Assembly (NCBI GenBank): GCA_964402425.1
Contig: CAYOCD010000001.1
Span: 163,442-227,441 of the forward strand
Direction: 5' to 3'
Length of the DNA: 64,000 nt
Source of the DNA: an uncultured Gammaproteobacteria bacterium
Lineage (GTDB): Bacteria; Patescibacteriota; Patescibacteriia; UBA9934; GWF2-40-263
In this document: piece by piece, positions 10,401 to 20,652 of the stretch
Layout: each line of letters starts with the position of its first letter
Position numbering within the stretch: the first letter of the stretch is position 1
The notes under the pieces: model-generated
What the model was told of the DNA's origin: nothing
What the model saw: the letters and a program-made list of their open reading frames with translations, nothing else
Databases searched by the model: none
Made by a program: the position numbers and the translations under genes

Positions 10401-11490
10401 ATACTGGCTCGCCCTTACCCGCATTCCAAATTTTGGTGCGGTACGGATCGGAAAATTATTTCGCGCGTTCCCAACCATGGAACGCGCGTTTTCGGCATCT
10501 GTTATGGATTTACTCGAGGCGGGTTTTGATGCAAATCTCGCAAACCATTTTTTACAAACACGCATTCACATAAGTCCAGAGCAAGAATTAGAAAAATTAC
10601 ACAACGCAAATGTACAAGCGGTCACAAGACGTGATCCTGAATATCCACCTCTTCTTTCTAAAATTTATGATCCGCCAGCTGTTCTTTTTTTTCGCGGAAC
10701 TCTTCCTGACCCATCTCTAAAACACATCGCTGTTGTCGGCACACGCCAACCATCCAAATACGGAACATACGCGGCAGAAAAAATTGTTGGAACCCTTGCC
10801 GAATCCGGTGTTGTTATTGTAAGTGGACTTGCCTATGGCGTTGATTCCCTTGCGCACGAATCAACAATTCAACACAACGGAAAAACAATTGCCGTTTTAG
10901 GTTCGGGGGTTGATGCCCCTTCTATTTACCCGGCTGGTAATCGCACCATCGCGTCTCATATTCTTGCACACGGCGGCGCGATTGTTTCAGAATATCCTGT
11001 TGGGACTCTTCCCCTTCCGTTTCATTATCCACTTCGCAATCGCATTATTGCTGGACTCGCACACGGAACTCTTGTCATTGAAGCTGCACAAAAATCCGGC
11101 TCTCTTATCACTGCACGTGCGGCACTAGAAGGTGGAAGAGATGTTTATGCCGTTCCAGGAAACATTGATTCAGAAAAGAGCGAAGGGCCGAATAATCTTT
11201 TAAAGATGGGGGCGGTCCCTGTTACGTGTGCAGAAGATATTCTTGGAATTGCAAACACATCCATTCCCTCAAAAGAAAAATCACGCACAGCCCCTGTTTA
11301 CACATATGAACCACGCTCAGAAACAGAGCGTGTCATTCTTGCGCAACTTGCAAAAGATCCTGTACACGCAGATGAAGTTGCACGTGCAACCCTTCTCCCA
11401 ATTGAAGCCCTCGGAAGCGTTCTCACACTCCTTGAAATGAAAGGAATTATAAAACATGAAGGCGGTCGTTATTATACGCGTCAAAAATAG
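10381..11490 (+). CDS. dprA: DNA-processing protein DprA
   Basis: YDPP, VGTR, IVSGLAYGVD, RNRII, SGSLITA, AVPG; C-terminal winged helix. Confidence 0.95.
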   Translation: MPTSDLKYWLALTRIPNFGAVRIGKLFRAFPTMERAFSASVMDLLEAGFDANLANHFLQTRIHISPEQELEKLHNANVQAVTRRDPEYPPLLSKIYDPPAVLFFRGTLPDPSLKHIAVVGTRQPSKYGTYAAEKIVGTLAESGVVIVSGLAYGVDSLAHESTIQHNGKTIAVLGSGVDAPSIYPAGNRTIASHILAHGGAIVSEYPVGTLPLPFHYPLRNRIIAGLAHGTLVIEAAQKSGSLITARAALEGGRDVYAVPGNIDSEKSEGPNNLLKMGAVPVTCAEDILGIANTSIPSKEKSRTAPVYTYEPRSETERVILAQLAKDPVHADEVARATLLPIEALGSVLTLLEMKGIIKHEGGRYYTRQK

Positions 11491-11497
11491 CGACAAG

Positions 11498-11526
11498 TTG
11501 ACGAAACAGTTTTGATAAAGCATGAT
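11498..11526 (+). promoter_or_regulatory. Sigma70-type promoter for topA
   Basis: TTGACG-17 bp-CATGAT; implies the start codon is ATG 11537. Confidence 0.5.
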
Positions 11527-11536
11527 GCCTCTGAAT

Positions 11537-13849
11537 ATGTCACACAAACTCATCATTGTTGAGTCTCCAACGAAAGCAAAAACGATCACAAAATTTTTAG
11601 GACGCGACTATCGCGTCTTATCTTCGTTTGGACACATTCGTGATTTGCCGACAAAAGAAATTGGCGTCGATGTTGAGAATGGGTTTGTGCCAACATACAT
11701 TGTCCCCCCAAACAGCAAATCACATGTTACGGAATTAAAAAAAGCAGCAAAGGATGCAGATGAAATCTTATTCGCGTCCGATGAAGACCGCGAAGGAGAA
11801 GCGATTTCTTGGCATGTCGCGGAAGTTCTTGGAATCAATCCTGCAAAAGCAAAACGCATCACCTTTCACGAAATCACCAAGTCCGCAATCGAACACGCGC
11901 TTGCAAACCCAAGATCGATTGATCAAAACCTTGTAGACGCTCAACAGGCTCGTCGCATTCTCGATCGTTTAGTGGGTTATGAACTTTCACCGTTTCTTTG
12001 GAATAAAGTTCGTCGCGGACTCTCTGCTGGTCGTGTGCAATCTGTTGCGATGCGGTTAGTTGTTGAGCGCGAACGTGAACGCATAGCGTTTAAAATAGAA
12101 GAATACTGGTCCATTGAAGTTGTGTGTGAAAAACTCGGCATGGACTTTCCAGCAAAGCTTGTAGAAGTTGATGGGAAGAAAATCGCTGTTGGTGGATCCG
12201 AAGGTGCGGGCGAAAAGCTCGAAATCAAAACAGAAAAAGAAGCACGCGCGATCGTTGACGCTGTCACAGGCAAACCGCTGAACGTCATTGATGTTGTAAA
12301 AAAAGAAGTTTCAAAAGCACCCCCACAACCATTCACCACATCAAGTTTACAGATCGATGCCAACAACAAACTCGGCATGAGCGCAAAACAGACCATGACG
12401 CTCGCACAACAACTTTACGAAACGGGACGTATTACTTATATGCGTACAGACTCCGTAAACTTGGCCGATAAATTTCTTGATGAAGCACAAACATTCCTCG
12501 CATCTGAATTCGGAAAAGAATATGCGACGGGATCAAAAAAATATAAAACAAACAAAAAAGGCGCACAGGAAGCCCATGAAGCGATCCGTCCAACAGATCC
12601 AGCAACAACTCCAGAATCCATTCGTGCAGATCTTGAGCCACGTCTCTGGAAGCTCTATGACTTGATCTGGCGCAGAACGATCGCATCGCAAATGCCAAAC
12701 GCTCGTGTAAACCAAGTGCGTGTGGATATGGACGTTGAAAAACACACCTTCCGTGCAAATGGTTCGAGTATTCTCTTTGATGGCTACACAAAAATCTATC
12801 AAGCCACAAAAGAAAAATTCTTGCCTGACATGAAACAAGGTGATGTTGTAAACACAAAGTCCATCGAACCCATTCAACATTTTACAGAACCTCCCGCAAG
12901 ATATTCGGATGCAACACTCGTCAAAGTCCTTGAGGAATACGGAATCGGTCGTCCTTCCACCTACGCCCCAACCATCAGCACCATTATTGATCGCGGGTAC
13001 GTGGAACGTGATGACAACAAAAAACTCGGTCCTACAGACATTGCCATGATCGTATCCGATCTTCTCGTGGCACACTTCCCACAAATCGTGGATTACACAT
13101 TCACCGCAAAACTGGAAAAAGAACTTGATGATGTCGCGGAAGGTGAACTCGAGTACGGCCCCATGCTCGAACAATTCTACAAACCATTTCACCAAAATCT
13201 CATCGATAAAAACAAAGCCCTGACGCGCGATGACGTGATGCCAGACCGCATTCTCGGAAAAGATCCAGAGTCCGGACTCGATATTATTGCAAAGACAGGA
13301 CGTTACGGAGCGTTCGTTCAAATTGGCCCTTGGAGCAAGGAAGACCAAAAGGCCAAAGTAAACAAGCCAAAGAGTGCATCCATCCTCAAGGGAATGAATA
13401 TTGAATCGATCACCCTCGAGGAAGCGCTCAAATGTCTTGAACTCCCTCGAACACTCGGCACAACAAAAGAAGGCAAAACCCTCAAGGCGGCCGTTGGACG
13501 ATTTGGTCCGTATGTCACAGACGGAAAACTCTACGCCTCACTCAAAGAACCGTTTGATCCTTTATCTATCACGTTCGATCAAGCAGAAGAATTGATTGCC
13601 CTCAAAGAAATCTCTTCACGTCCACTTGCAGAACTCGGCGAGGATCCAACTACAAAAGGCGCGATCGTCGTGCGCACAGGAAGATTCGGTGCGTACGTCA
13701 CAGACGGAAAAACAAATGCATCCCTTGGAAAAACCATCGATCCTCTCACCCTCACACATGAGGAAGCGGTCGAGATCCTTATAAAAAAACGTGCGGCGCC
13801 TGTCAAAAAATTTGGCAAACGCGCATCAAAAAAAACTCAGGCTGAATAA
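11537..13849 (+). CDS. topA: DNA topoisomerase I with C-terminal Toprim_C-type repeats
   Basis: IVESPTK, DEDREGE, SAGRVQS, ITYMRTDS (catalytic Tyr), GIGRPSTY; repeated GRFGxYV units. Confidence 0.97.
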   Translation: MSHKLIIVESPTKAKTITKFLGRDYRVLSSFGHIRDLPTKEIGVDVENGFVPTYIVPPNSKSHVTELKKAAKDADEILFASDEDREGEAISWHVAEVLGINPAKAKRITFHEITKSAIEHALANPRSIDQNLVDAQQARRILDRLVGYELSPFLWNKVRRGLSAGRVQSVAMRLVVERERERIAFKIEEYWSIEVVCEKLGMDFPAKLVEVDGKKIAVGGSEGAGEKLEIKTEKEARAIVDAVTGKPLNVIDVVKKEVSKAPPQPFTTSSLQIDANNKLGMSAKQTMTLAQQLYETGRITYMRTDSVNLADKFLDEAQTFLASEFGKEYATGSKKYKTNKKGAQEAHEAIRPTDPATTPESIRADLEPRLWKLYDLIWRRTIASQMPNARVNQVRVDMDVEKHTFRANGSSILFDGYTKIYQATKEKFLPDMKQGDVVNTKSIEPIQHFTEPPARYSDATLVKVLEEYGIGRPSTYAPTISTIIDRGYVERDDNKKLGPTDIAMIVSDLLVAHFPQIVDYTFTAKLEKELDDVAEGELEYGPMLEQFYKPFHQNLIDKNKALTRDDVMPDRILGKDPESGLDIIAKTGRYGAFVQIGPWSKEDQKAKVNKPKSASILKGMNIESITLEEALKCLELPRTLGTTKEGKTLKAAVGRFGPYVTDGKLYASLKEPFDPLSITFDQAEELIALKEISSRPLAELGEDPTTKGAIVVRTGRFGAYVTDGKTNASLGKTIDPLTLTHEEAVEILIKKRAAPVKKFGKRASKKTQAE

Positions 13850-13862
13850 GCCTGAGTTTTTT
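13832..13862. terminator. Bidirectional terminator between topA and the convergent gene
   Basis: aaaactcaggct-gaata-agcctgagtttt. Confidence 0.65.
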
Positions 13863-13899
13863 CTTACGTCATCCTGAACACAATCAAAGAGTCTCACGT

Positions 13900-14916
13900 T
13901 TATGATCGTCCACGACCCTTTCCTTTTCCACCGCCGCCACCCTTCCCTTTCTTTTTATTCCCTTGCTTTGACTCCGCGATCGCCGTGCGTGCAGATAATT
14001 CTTTTTTAACTCTTTCTCGAAATTCTGCCTTTGCGGCAAGTTTTACATCCCTCTCAGGATCATCATCACGAATAACTTCCTTATAAAGCGTCTCTTCCTC
14101 CGTTGTCATGTGTCGAATAAGCAAAGATTCTTCCTCACTCGCTTTTCGTTTTTCTTGTCGTTTGGACAAATCATCTTCGACTGTTTTCAAAATCTCCTTC
14201 TTTTTCTCTTCGTCCCCATTTTTATAATTGTATTCTTCAAGGGGGGTCATGAATGACTGAAGTATTTTTTCCTGATTTCTTTTTTCTGTTTCTATTTTTT
14301 TATTTTCCGTTGTTTCCGCTTTCTTCAAATCTGACTCATCTTTTTTTGCTTTTGTCTCTAGATCTTTTTTTGCTTTTTCCAAAGCGGCTTTTTCTGCTTT
14401 CAAAATCGGCTCTGCTTTTTTTGCAGCTTCTTTATCAAGCTCTTCCCACGTTTTCTTTGGTTCGCTCAAAAGCCATGTGCCAACAAGCGGAATCTTTGCG
14501 ACCCCTGGCATATTTTTTTTTATCATGTTTTTTCCCCAGTTATCAATTCCAACCAAAAGAGCACTGCCTTTGTATCCAAACCATTTTGGCAATGAAACAG
14601 CCTTATCTTCTGTTTTAAGCGCAACGTATGTTCCTGCAGGCCAAATCAACTTTGATTTATTTGGATTTTCTGCCAATCCTTTTAATGCATCTGGAATTTC
14701 CTCTGCCGGTTCCCACTCTTTCAAAATTTGAGCAATCTTATCACGGGATTCTACAGTATCTTCTTTTAAGAGTTGTTCAATGTATCTTTGACGTTCCTTA
14801 TGCGCCTGTTCAGCTTCTTCTTTTCTCTTCTTTTGTTCTTCTTCACTTTCTTCTCGTTCAACAACAACTTCCGACGCATCTGGTGGTGGTATGGTTTCAG
14901 GAGATCGCTCTGTCAT
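13900..14916 (-). CDS. Hypothetical Lys/Glu-rich coiled-coil protein
   Basis: Long ORF with charged helical composition and a G/K-rich tail; start moved to MTERSPE. Confidence 0.65.
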   Translation of the reverse strand: MTERSPETIPPPDASEVVVEREESEEEQKKRKEEAEQAHKERQRYIEQLLKEDTVESRDKIAQILKEWEPAEEIPDALKGLAENPNKSKLIWPAGTYVALKTEDKAVSLPKWFGYKGSALLVGIDNWGKNMIKKNMPGVAKIPLVGTWLLSEPKKTWEELDKEAAKKAEPILKAEKAALEKAKKDLETKAKKDESDLKKAETTENKKIETEKRNQEKILQSFMTPLEEYNYKNGDEEKKKEILKTVEDDLSKRQEKRKASEEESLLIRHMTTEEETLYKEVIRDDDPERDVKLAAKAEFRERVKKELSARTAIAESKQGNKKKGKGGGGGKGKGRGRS

Positions 14917-15019
14917 AAAAAAAGATGAAAATTGATACTTTATTTTGGCACAGGAAACACGTTTTGTCCAAAAAATCTTTACAGGCAGACGAGCGCAATG
15001 TATCTTAGAATAGCCCTCT

Positions 15020-16522
15020 ATGGATACCATGCGCACATACGATGATCTTGAAAATCTCGTCAAAACACACTATCAAAATCCGGATCTTGCCCTCTTGCGC
15101 AAAGCTTTCGAGCGTGCAGATCTGGCGCATGCAAAAGTCGTGCGTTTAACCGGTCAACCCTACATCACACACCCTCTTGCTGTTGCATATAGACTTGCGG
15201 AAATGGGTTTGCATCTGAATGTTGTGGCAGCCGGGTTGCTTCATGATGTCTTAGAAGATTCTGGAATGACAGGAGATGAAATGCGCGCAGATTTTGGTGA
15301 TGATATCACAACACTCGTCGAAAGTGTCACAAAATTAAAACACGCCGTCCACTACAGAGGAGAAGAACGATACGCAGAAAACATGCGCAAAATGTTTTTG
15401 GCCATGGCTTCTGATGTGCGTGTGGTCTTCATGAAATTTGCAGATCGATTGCATAATTTGCAAACACTTTACGGTCAACCAAAACACAAACAACTACGCA
15501 TTGCACGCGAATCCCTTGAAATTTATGCACCAATTGCCGGACGTCTTGGCATGAGTGAAATCAAAGGAGAACTTGAAGACGGCGCATTTGCTTACATTCT
15601 CCCAAAAGAATTTGAGCGTGTAAAAGAAATCATGGATGTGAAAGTTCGTGAGCGCGGAGCGCAAGTCAGCCGCATCATTGATCAAACAGAAAAACTCATC
15701 TCTGTCAGTCGTATTCTCAATTATCAAGTCTACGGCCGCGTGAAGCGTTTGTATAGCTTGTATAAAAAAATGCTCCGTTACGGCGATGATATTGAAAAAA
15801 TTTATGACCTCATTGCTATTCGCGTAATCGTTTCAAGTGTAGAAGAATGTTATGCCGTCCTTGGGATGATTCACCAACGTTGGCGTCCACTTCCCGGACG
15901 TATTAAAGACTACATCGCCCAACCAAAACCAAACGGGTATCAATCGCTTCACACAACTATTTTCGCAGACGATAAAACGATTGTGGAATTCCAGATTCGT
16001 ACACGGGAAATGCATGAACTCTCCGAGTACGGCGTCGCCGCTCACTGGAGATATAAAGAAGACGGATCGCGCGATGTTCAAAACATGCGCTGGATGGAAG
16101 AGCTCATGCTCATTCAAAAAGAACTGGAGAGTAAAAAAGATTTCATGGAACAGCTTGAGATCATGAAAATCGATGTCTTCAAAGATCGCATTTTCGTCTT
16201 TACTCCAAAGGGCGACGTCATCGATTTGCCAGAAGGCGCCACTCCCGTAGATTTTGCCTACGCCATTCACTCCCAAATCGGGAACAAATGCACATCGGCC
16301 AAAGTAAATGATGTTGTCCGTAACTTGGATATCACCCTCCATTCTGGAGATATTGTAGAAATTATTACAAACAAAAACCGCCGCGGACCAAATCCGGATT
16401 GGAGTAAGTTCGTCAAAACACGCTACGCAAAAAGCAAAATACGTGACGCAACAAAATCAAGTGTGCGCGCATGGCTCTCAGGAATGCTCAAATCAAAAGA
16501 TGATCCTGCAAAGAAAAAATAA
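15020..16522 (+). CDS. rel: RelA/SpoT family (p)ppGpp synthetase/hydrolase (HD + synthetase + TGS, no ACT)
   Basis: PYITHP, LHDVLED, ADRLHN, RIKDYIAQPKPNGYQSLHT, EFQIRT, TGS domain FTPKG...DFAYAIH. Confidence 0.93.
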   Translation: MDTMRTYDDLENLVKTHYQNPDLALLRKAFERADLAHAKVVRLTGQPYITHPLAVAYRLAEMGLHLNVVAAGLLHDVLEDSGMTGDEMRADFGDDITTLVESVTKLKHAVHYRGEERYAENMRKMFLAMASDVRVVFMKFADRLHNLQTLYGQPKHKQLRIARESLEIYAPIAGRLGMSEIKGELEDGAFAYILPKEFERVKEIMDVKVRERGAQVSRIIDQTEKLISVSRILNYQVYGRVKRLYSLYKKMLRYGDDIEKIYDLIAIRVIVSSVEECYAVLGMIHQRWRPLPGRIKDYIAQPKPNGYQSLHTTIFADDKTIVEFQIRTREMHELSEYGVAAHWRYKEDGSRDVQNMRWMEELMLIQKELESKKDFMEQLEIMKIDVFKDRIFVFTPKGDVIDLPEGATPVDFAYAIHSQIGNKCTSAKVNDVVRNLDITLHSGDIVEIITNKNRRGPNPDWSKFVKTRYAKSKIRDATKSSVRAWLSGMLKSKDDPAKKK

Positions 16523-16622
16523 TCCCATCATGGGATTATTTTTTTGATAAAAAACCATCTGTTTTTGACAGATGGGCAAAAGAGTTTACGCGTCGAAACA
16601 TCAATAACTTTCGACGTAAGAA

Positions 16623-17093
16623 TCAAGTGTTTAACTGCGGCACCACAACACGATATCTATAACCTGCAGACCACGCATCGCCGTAGTCGAGACGGTAGAA
16701 AATGGCGTACAGACCATTTGTGAATTCGTTCACACGAGCAACAAAGAACTGGTCATCTTCCTTAAAAAGGAAGAATGTGGAGTAACCGTCCTTACGAAGC
16801 CTAGACCGATGTTTCTCACAAAACTCGATGATCTGATCTTGTGTAAACGCAAGCTTGTCGAAATGTGAATTGAGCGAGCCAAACATTTGCACAAACGTTA
16901 CCCTCTCAATCTGTTCATACACAGAGACATTTGTGGCCAAGGTTGCACTACGACGCTTGTCCAGATCCCATCTCGCGAATTCCTTATCAACACCGATAGA
17001 AAACGTCCTTGTCGCAGTCGAGATGAACCGGGAACCATCACACGCACCAATGGTGATCACCTCACCTTTGAACAACTGATTCATGACTGTCAT
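16623..17093 (-). CDS. Hypothetical protein resembling CPR diversity-generating retroelement target proteins
   Basis: C-terminus FFLFK...FVARV...W...RVVVPQL is aromatic-rich with many NNC/NNT codons; own promoter, GAGGTG SD, downstream hairpin. Confidence 0.55.
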   Translation of the reverse strand: MTVMNQLFKGEVITIGACDGSRFISTATRTFSIGVDKEFARWDLDKRRSATLATNVSVYEQIERVTFVQMFGSLNSHFDKLAFTQDQIIEFCEKHRSRLRKDGYSTFFLFKEDDQFFVARVNEFTNGLYAIFYRLDYGDAWSAGYRYRVVVPQLNT

Positions 17094-17171
17094 AACACAC
17101 CTCACCTCTCGATGGTGGGAAAATGTTTCTGCCCTGTGCAGAGCCAAAGACAAACCTTACCGGAGACACTG

Positions 17172-17200
17172 AAAGTAGATGGAATCGGGATTTTTGTCAA
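17172..17200 (-). promoter_or_regulatory. Sigma70 promoter of the 16623-17093 gene
   Basis: TTGACA-17 bp-TACTTT on the minus strand. Confidence 0.6.
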
Positions 17201-17230
17201 TGGTTATACACAAAAAAAATAGGCATGAGC

Positions 17231-18091
17231 CTATTTTTTTTCACTTAACAATTCAAGCAAATCCATGAGTTCTGGACGTGAGTAAAACGTAATCTCAATC
17301 TTTCCCTTTCCGTTCGACTCAGTGATATCAACCTTAGTTCCCAAAATCTCACGCAATTTCTTTTCATGTGCTGCAATATTTGGATCTTTGCCGATCGGCA
17401 TGGAACGTTTAGACGTGATACCCGTTACACGCGCTTCCGTTTGTCTGACGGTCACTCCCCCATTCAACATTTGTTCAAAGAGGTCATGTTGTTTTTTTGG
17501 ATCTGTCTCTGCAAGCAATGTTCGAGCATGTGACTTTGAGATGCGCCCTTCTTTAAGGGCATCAAGAATGTCTGACGGAAGATCGAGCAAACGAATAATG
17601 TTTGCCACATTCGATCGAGACTTTCCGACACGCATGGCAACCTCTTCTTGTTTCAAATTGAATTCGTCGATGAGTGCCTTGTACGCAATCGCTTCTTCCA
17701 CAGCATTCAAATCCTGACGTTGAATGTTTTCAATAAGAGCAAGCTCAAGTTTCTGTTGCTCATTTGCTTCTCTGACAATCACAGGCACCGTCTCAAGACC
17801 GAGCGCGCGAGCGGATCGCAAACGACGTTCACCTGCAATCAATTCATATGCACCGTTCGAGCGGGTTACAACGAGCGGTTGGAGGATTCCGTGTTCTTTA
17901 ATGCTCGCAATCAAATCCTCAAGGTCGCTCGGAGAAAAATGATGGCGCGGCTGATGTGGATTCTCTTTAATGTCATTCGGTGGAATCTCTAAAATTTCTT
18001 TCCGTGCGGATGGAATGACGCGCTCAGTAAGTGTATGTTTTTGTGGAATGAGGGACCCAAGACCTTTTCCAAGAGCAGATGGATGATTCAT
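17231..18091 (-). CDS. parB: Chromosome partitioning protein ParB/Spo0J
   Basis: LGKGLGSLI, NPHQPR, GILQP, IAGERR, ENIQRQDL, HTH. Confidence 0.96.
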   Translation of the reverse strand: MNHPSALGKGLGSLIPQKHTLTERVIPSARKEILEIPPNDIKENPHQPRHHFSPSDLEDLIASIKEHGILQPLVVTRSNGAYELIAGERRLRSARALGLETVPVIVREANEQQKLELALIENIQRQDLNAVEEAIAYKALIDEFNLKQEEVAMRVGKSRSNVANIIRLLDLPSDILDALKEGRISKSHARTLLAETDPKKQHDLFEQMLNGGVTVRQTEARVTGITSKRSMPIGKDPNIAAHEKKLREILGTKVDITESNGKGKIEITFYSRPELMDLLELLSEKK

Positions 18092-18100
18092 AACGATCGA

Positions 18101-18874
18101 TTAAAGAGCACCTTCAGCTCGCAAAATAAATTCATGCGCGAGTCGTTCATAAGACTTTGCTGCTTTACTCAGCGGATCATATCCAAGAATCGTCTTTCCA
18201 AATGATGGCGCCTCTGCCAAACGAATACTGCGCGGAATCACTGAGCGAAAAATTTTATCTGGAAAATGGCGATAAAGTTCTTGGAGGACTTCTTTTGAAA
18301 GTTTTGTTCGGGAATCATACATAGTGATCACCGCCCCCATAATCTCCAGATTTGGATGAATGTTTGCACGCACAAGGTTTACTGTATTCATCAGGTCTCG
18401 GAGACCTTCAAGGGCATAAAACTCGGCTTGCACCGGAATAAGAATAGAATCAGACGCAACAAGTCCGTTGAGGGTAAGCATTCCAAGTGATGGTGGATTA
18501 TCGATCAAAATATAATCGTAATCATTTCTCACAGACAACAAGGCTTTACGAAGATAATGCTCGCGCTCTTCAACGTTTACAAGCTCAACAGATGCACCAG
18601 CAAGAGCCTCCGTTGCGGGGAGTACACGAAGACCTTCATGTGCGGTTGGAAGAATCAATGACTTGAGTGAATGAGACCCAACAAGCGCTTCATACACACC
18701 CGCATTCAGTGCCCTGTGATCAATTCCCGCACCGGAAGTTGCGTTTGCTTGCGGATCTAAATCAACAAGCAAAACAAACTTCCCCGCCTCTGCAAGATAC
18801 GCAGCGAGATTCAAAGTAGTTGTTGTTTTTCCAACACCACCTTTTTGATTTACGACGGAAATAATATGTGCCAT
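18101..18874 (-). CDS. parA: Chromosome partitioning ATPase ParA/Soj
   Basis: NQKGGVGKTT, DLDPQAN, LAEAPSFG. Confidence 0.96.
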   Translation of the reverse strand: MAHIISVVNQKGGVGKTTTTLNLAAYLAEAGKFVLLVDLDPQANATSGAGIDHRALNAGVYEALVGSHSLKSLILPTAHEGLRVLPATEALAGASVELVNVEEREHYLRKALLSVRNDYDYILIDNPPSLGMLTLNGLVASDSILIPVQAEFYALEGLRDLMNTVNLVRANIHPNLEIMGAVITMYDSRTKLSKEVLQELYRHFPDKIFRSVIPRSIRLAEAPSFGKTILGYDPLSKAAKSYERLAHEFILRAEGAL

Positions 18875-18922
18875 AGCTGACAGAATTATACAGAAGTTCA
18901 AGAAGAAACGAAAGAACGATCA

Positions 18923-20191
18923 TTAATCACGATCACGATATCCCAAATCTTTTAACGAACGATGAGCAAAATAAGGATCGTCCTTCATCTTGGTTCCATG
19001 GTTGGACACCCGAAGTTGCTCGTTTCCTCCTTGTGTTCGTCTTTTCGCGAAATAATCAGATGCGATCACTTGAACATTCCCATCTTTATTTACGATGGTA
19101 TTCTTTTTTTCCACTCGATCTTGAATAATCCATGTGTCCTTTGAATCACACATAAAACCATCAACAACCGGCAATGTATCCCGATCAAATTCAGCGGCCA
19201 ATGTTCGCAAGATGGGATTCAGGAGATTAAAGAACGTTCCCTCTCTCAAACCTTTCACAAGAACACTTGATTCAGGCAATACAAGTACAGACTCGTATGT
19301 TCCTCCTCTTGTGTTATAGAATCCACCAGACATCGATCCATCACTTCCCGCATCAAATTTATTTAATCCGGCAGGATATCTGGATTGAAATCGTAAAATC
19401 ACTTTTGTGGGCGATGTCGGGTGCGGTATGATTTGCAACTCATTTGGATCCACCATGCTATCGCGTTTTAATTGACATCGTTCTGCGGGAGGAACTTGAT
19501 CGGAAAAATGTTTTAAAAGTTTTTCTGTGTCTTCGCTTTTATCATCAAAAATTTCAAACCCTCTATGATCCCCACTCATTTTCCCTATTTCTTGCGCAGA
19601 AACACCAAACGCTTTTCCTGTTACGATTCCGTAATAACTTACATCTTCAAGACATGACATCACGACCCATGTTATCTGACGCTTTTTAAAAACATCCATT
19701 TTTTCTGTCTCCTGAATAACAAAGGGGTTTTTAAAATCGTAAAAAAAATGGGGTCGCAATGTTTTAAACGTTTCTTTATCTTGTCTTCGTTGATCAAGCA
19801 TAAGACCATCAAAGACTTGTTGAGCGTCTTCAAGAGAAAGAGCTGTTTTGTCCCCTAAAATAAAGGAGGATTTTTTGCCCGCTAAAAAACGATCTAGATT
19901 TGCTCTTACAATACGAAAACTTGGTCGATTATTCTTTCTAAGTTCAATATATCGATCAATAATCACCTTATTTTTTTCTGAAATTTTTTCCCAAAGTTTA
20001 TCAGTTGTCTCCATAGCAACCCGATCTTTTTCTCTCATTTGTTCCAAGCTAAAATCAACAGGAGCTTCTCTGGATGACAAGAGAACAGAGCGGAGATCCG
20101 TTACTTTAAACTGTGAAATCAATTCTTCGCGAGAAGGAGAAATGCGACTTTTGTCTATTGCAGGAGAACCATGACCACCTTCTGAAAACAT
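18923..20191 (-). CDS. Hypothetical protein
   Basis: 422-aa ORF, no recognised motif. Confidence 0.65.
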   Translation of the reverse strand: MFSEGGHGSPAIDKSRISPSREELISQFKVTDLRSVLLSSREAPVDFSLEQMREKDRVAMETTDKLWEKISEKNKVIIDRYIELRKNNRPSFRIVRANLDRFLAGKKSSFILGDKTALSLEDAQQVFDGLMLDQRRQDKETFKTLRPHFFYDFKNPFVIQETEKMDVFKKRQITWVVMSCLEDVSYYGIVTGKAFGVSAQEIGKMSGDHRGFEIFDDKSEDTEKLLKHFSDQVPPAERCQLKRDSMVDPNELQIIPHPTSPTKVILRFQSRYPAGLNKFDAGSDGSMSGGFYNTRGGTYESVLVLPESSVLVKGLREGTFFNLLNPILRTLAAEFDRDTLPVVDGFMCDSKDTWIIQDRVEKKNTIVNKDGNVQVIASDYFAKRRTQGGNEQLRVSNHGTKMKDDPYFAHRSLKDLGYRDRD

Positions 20192-20291
20192 AAGGTATCG
20201 ATTATTACCAAGCGCTTATCAAAGCAGACTATAGCATAATGTTGTTGATTTAAAAACAAAAAATCACCACGTGCATGATGATTTTTTGTGT

Positions 20292-20418
20292 ATAAAACAT
20301 TCAAAGTGAGATGCATCGCGCTGTGCTGGAGGAGAAAAATCTTTGAGTCGTAGACAGACCTACGGCGAAAAGATTTTTCTCCGAAGCGCAAGCGAGGCGC
20401 TCATTTTGAATGTTTTAT
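20292..20418. repeat. 127-bp long inverted-repeat (MITE/REP-like) element
   Basis: Termini ataaaacattcaaagtgag / ctcattttgaatgttttat; inner arms ggagaaaaatcttt / aaagatttttctcc. Confidence 0.7.
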
Positions 20419-20494
20419 GGTAGCTGGAGAGGGGGTCGAACCCTCGACCTCGGGCTTATGAGTCCCGCGCTCTAACCAACTGAGCTACCCAGCC
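20418..20494 (-). tRNA. tRNA-Met(CAT), probably elongator (Ile2 not excluded)
   Basis: GGCTGGGTAGCTCAGTTGGTTAGAGCGCGGGACTCATAAGCCCGAGGTCGAGGGTTCGACCCCCTCTCCAGCTACCA cloverleaf with encoded CCA. Confidence 0.92.
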
Positions 20495-20621
20495 GTAAAA
20501 ACTTTCAAAATTGGCGATCTTTCGGCTTGCGCTCCGCGCGCTCCATCGAAGGGCATTTAAGCCCATCTCCGTCGCATGCTCGCGCTACACCGAAATCTCA
20601 TCCAATTTTGAAAGTTTTTAC
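20495..20621. repeat. 127-bp long inverted-repeat (MITE/REP-like) element
   Basis: Perfect 20-bp terminal IR gtaaaaactttcaaaattgg / ccaattttgaaagtttttac with partly paired interior. Confidence 0.7.
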
Positions 20622-20652
20622 ACTTACATTCATTGGATGAGCCTTGATTGTA

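Noticed and set aside
17231-18874. Plasmid partition module
   Set aside because: Soj/Spo0J-type chromosomal proteins embedded among core genes.
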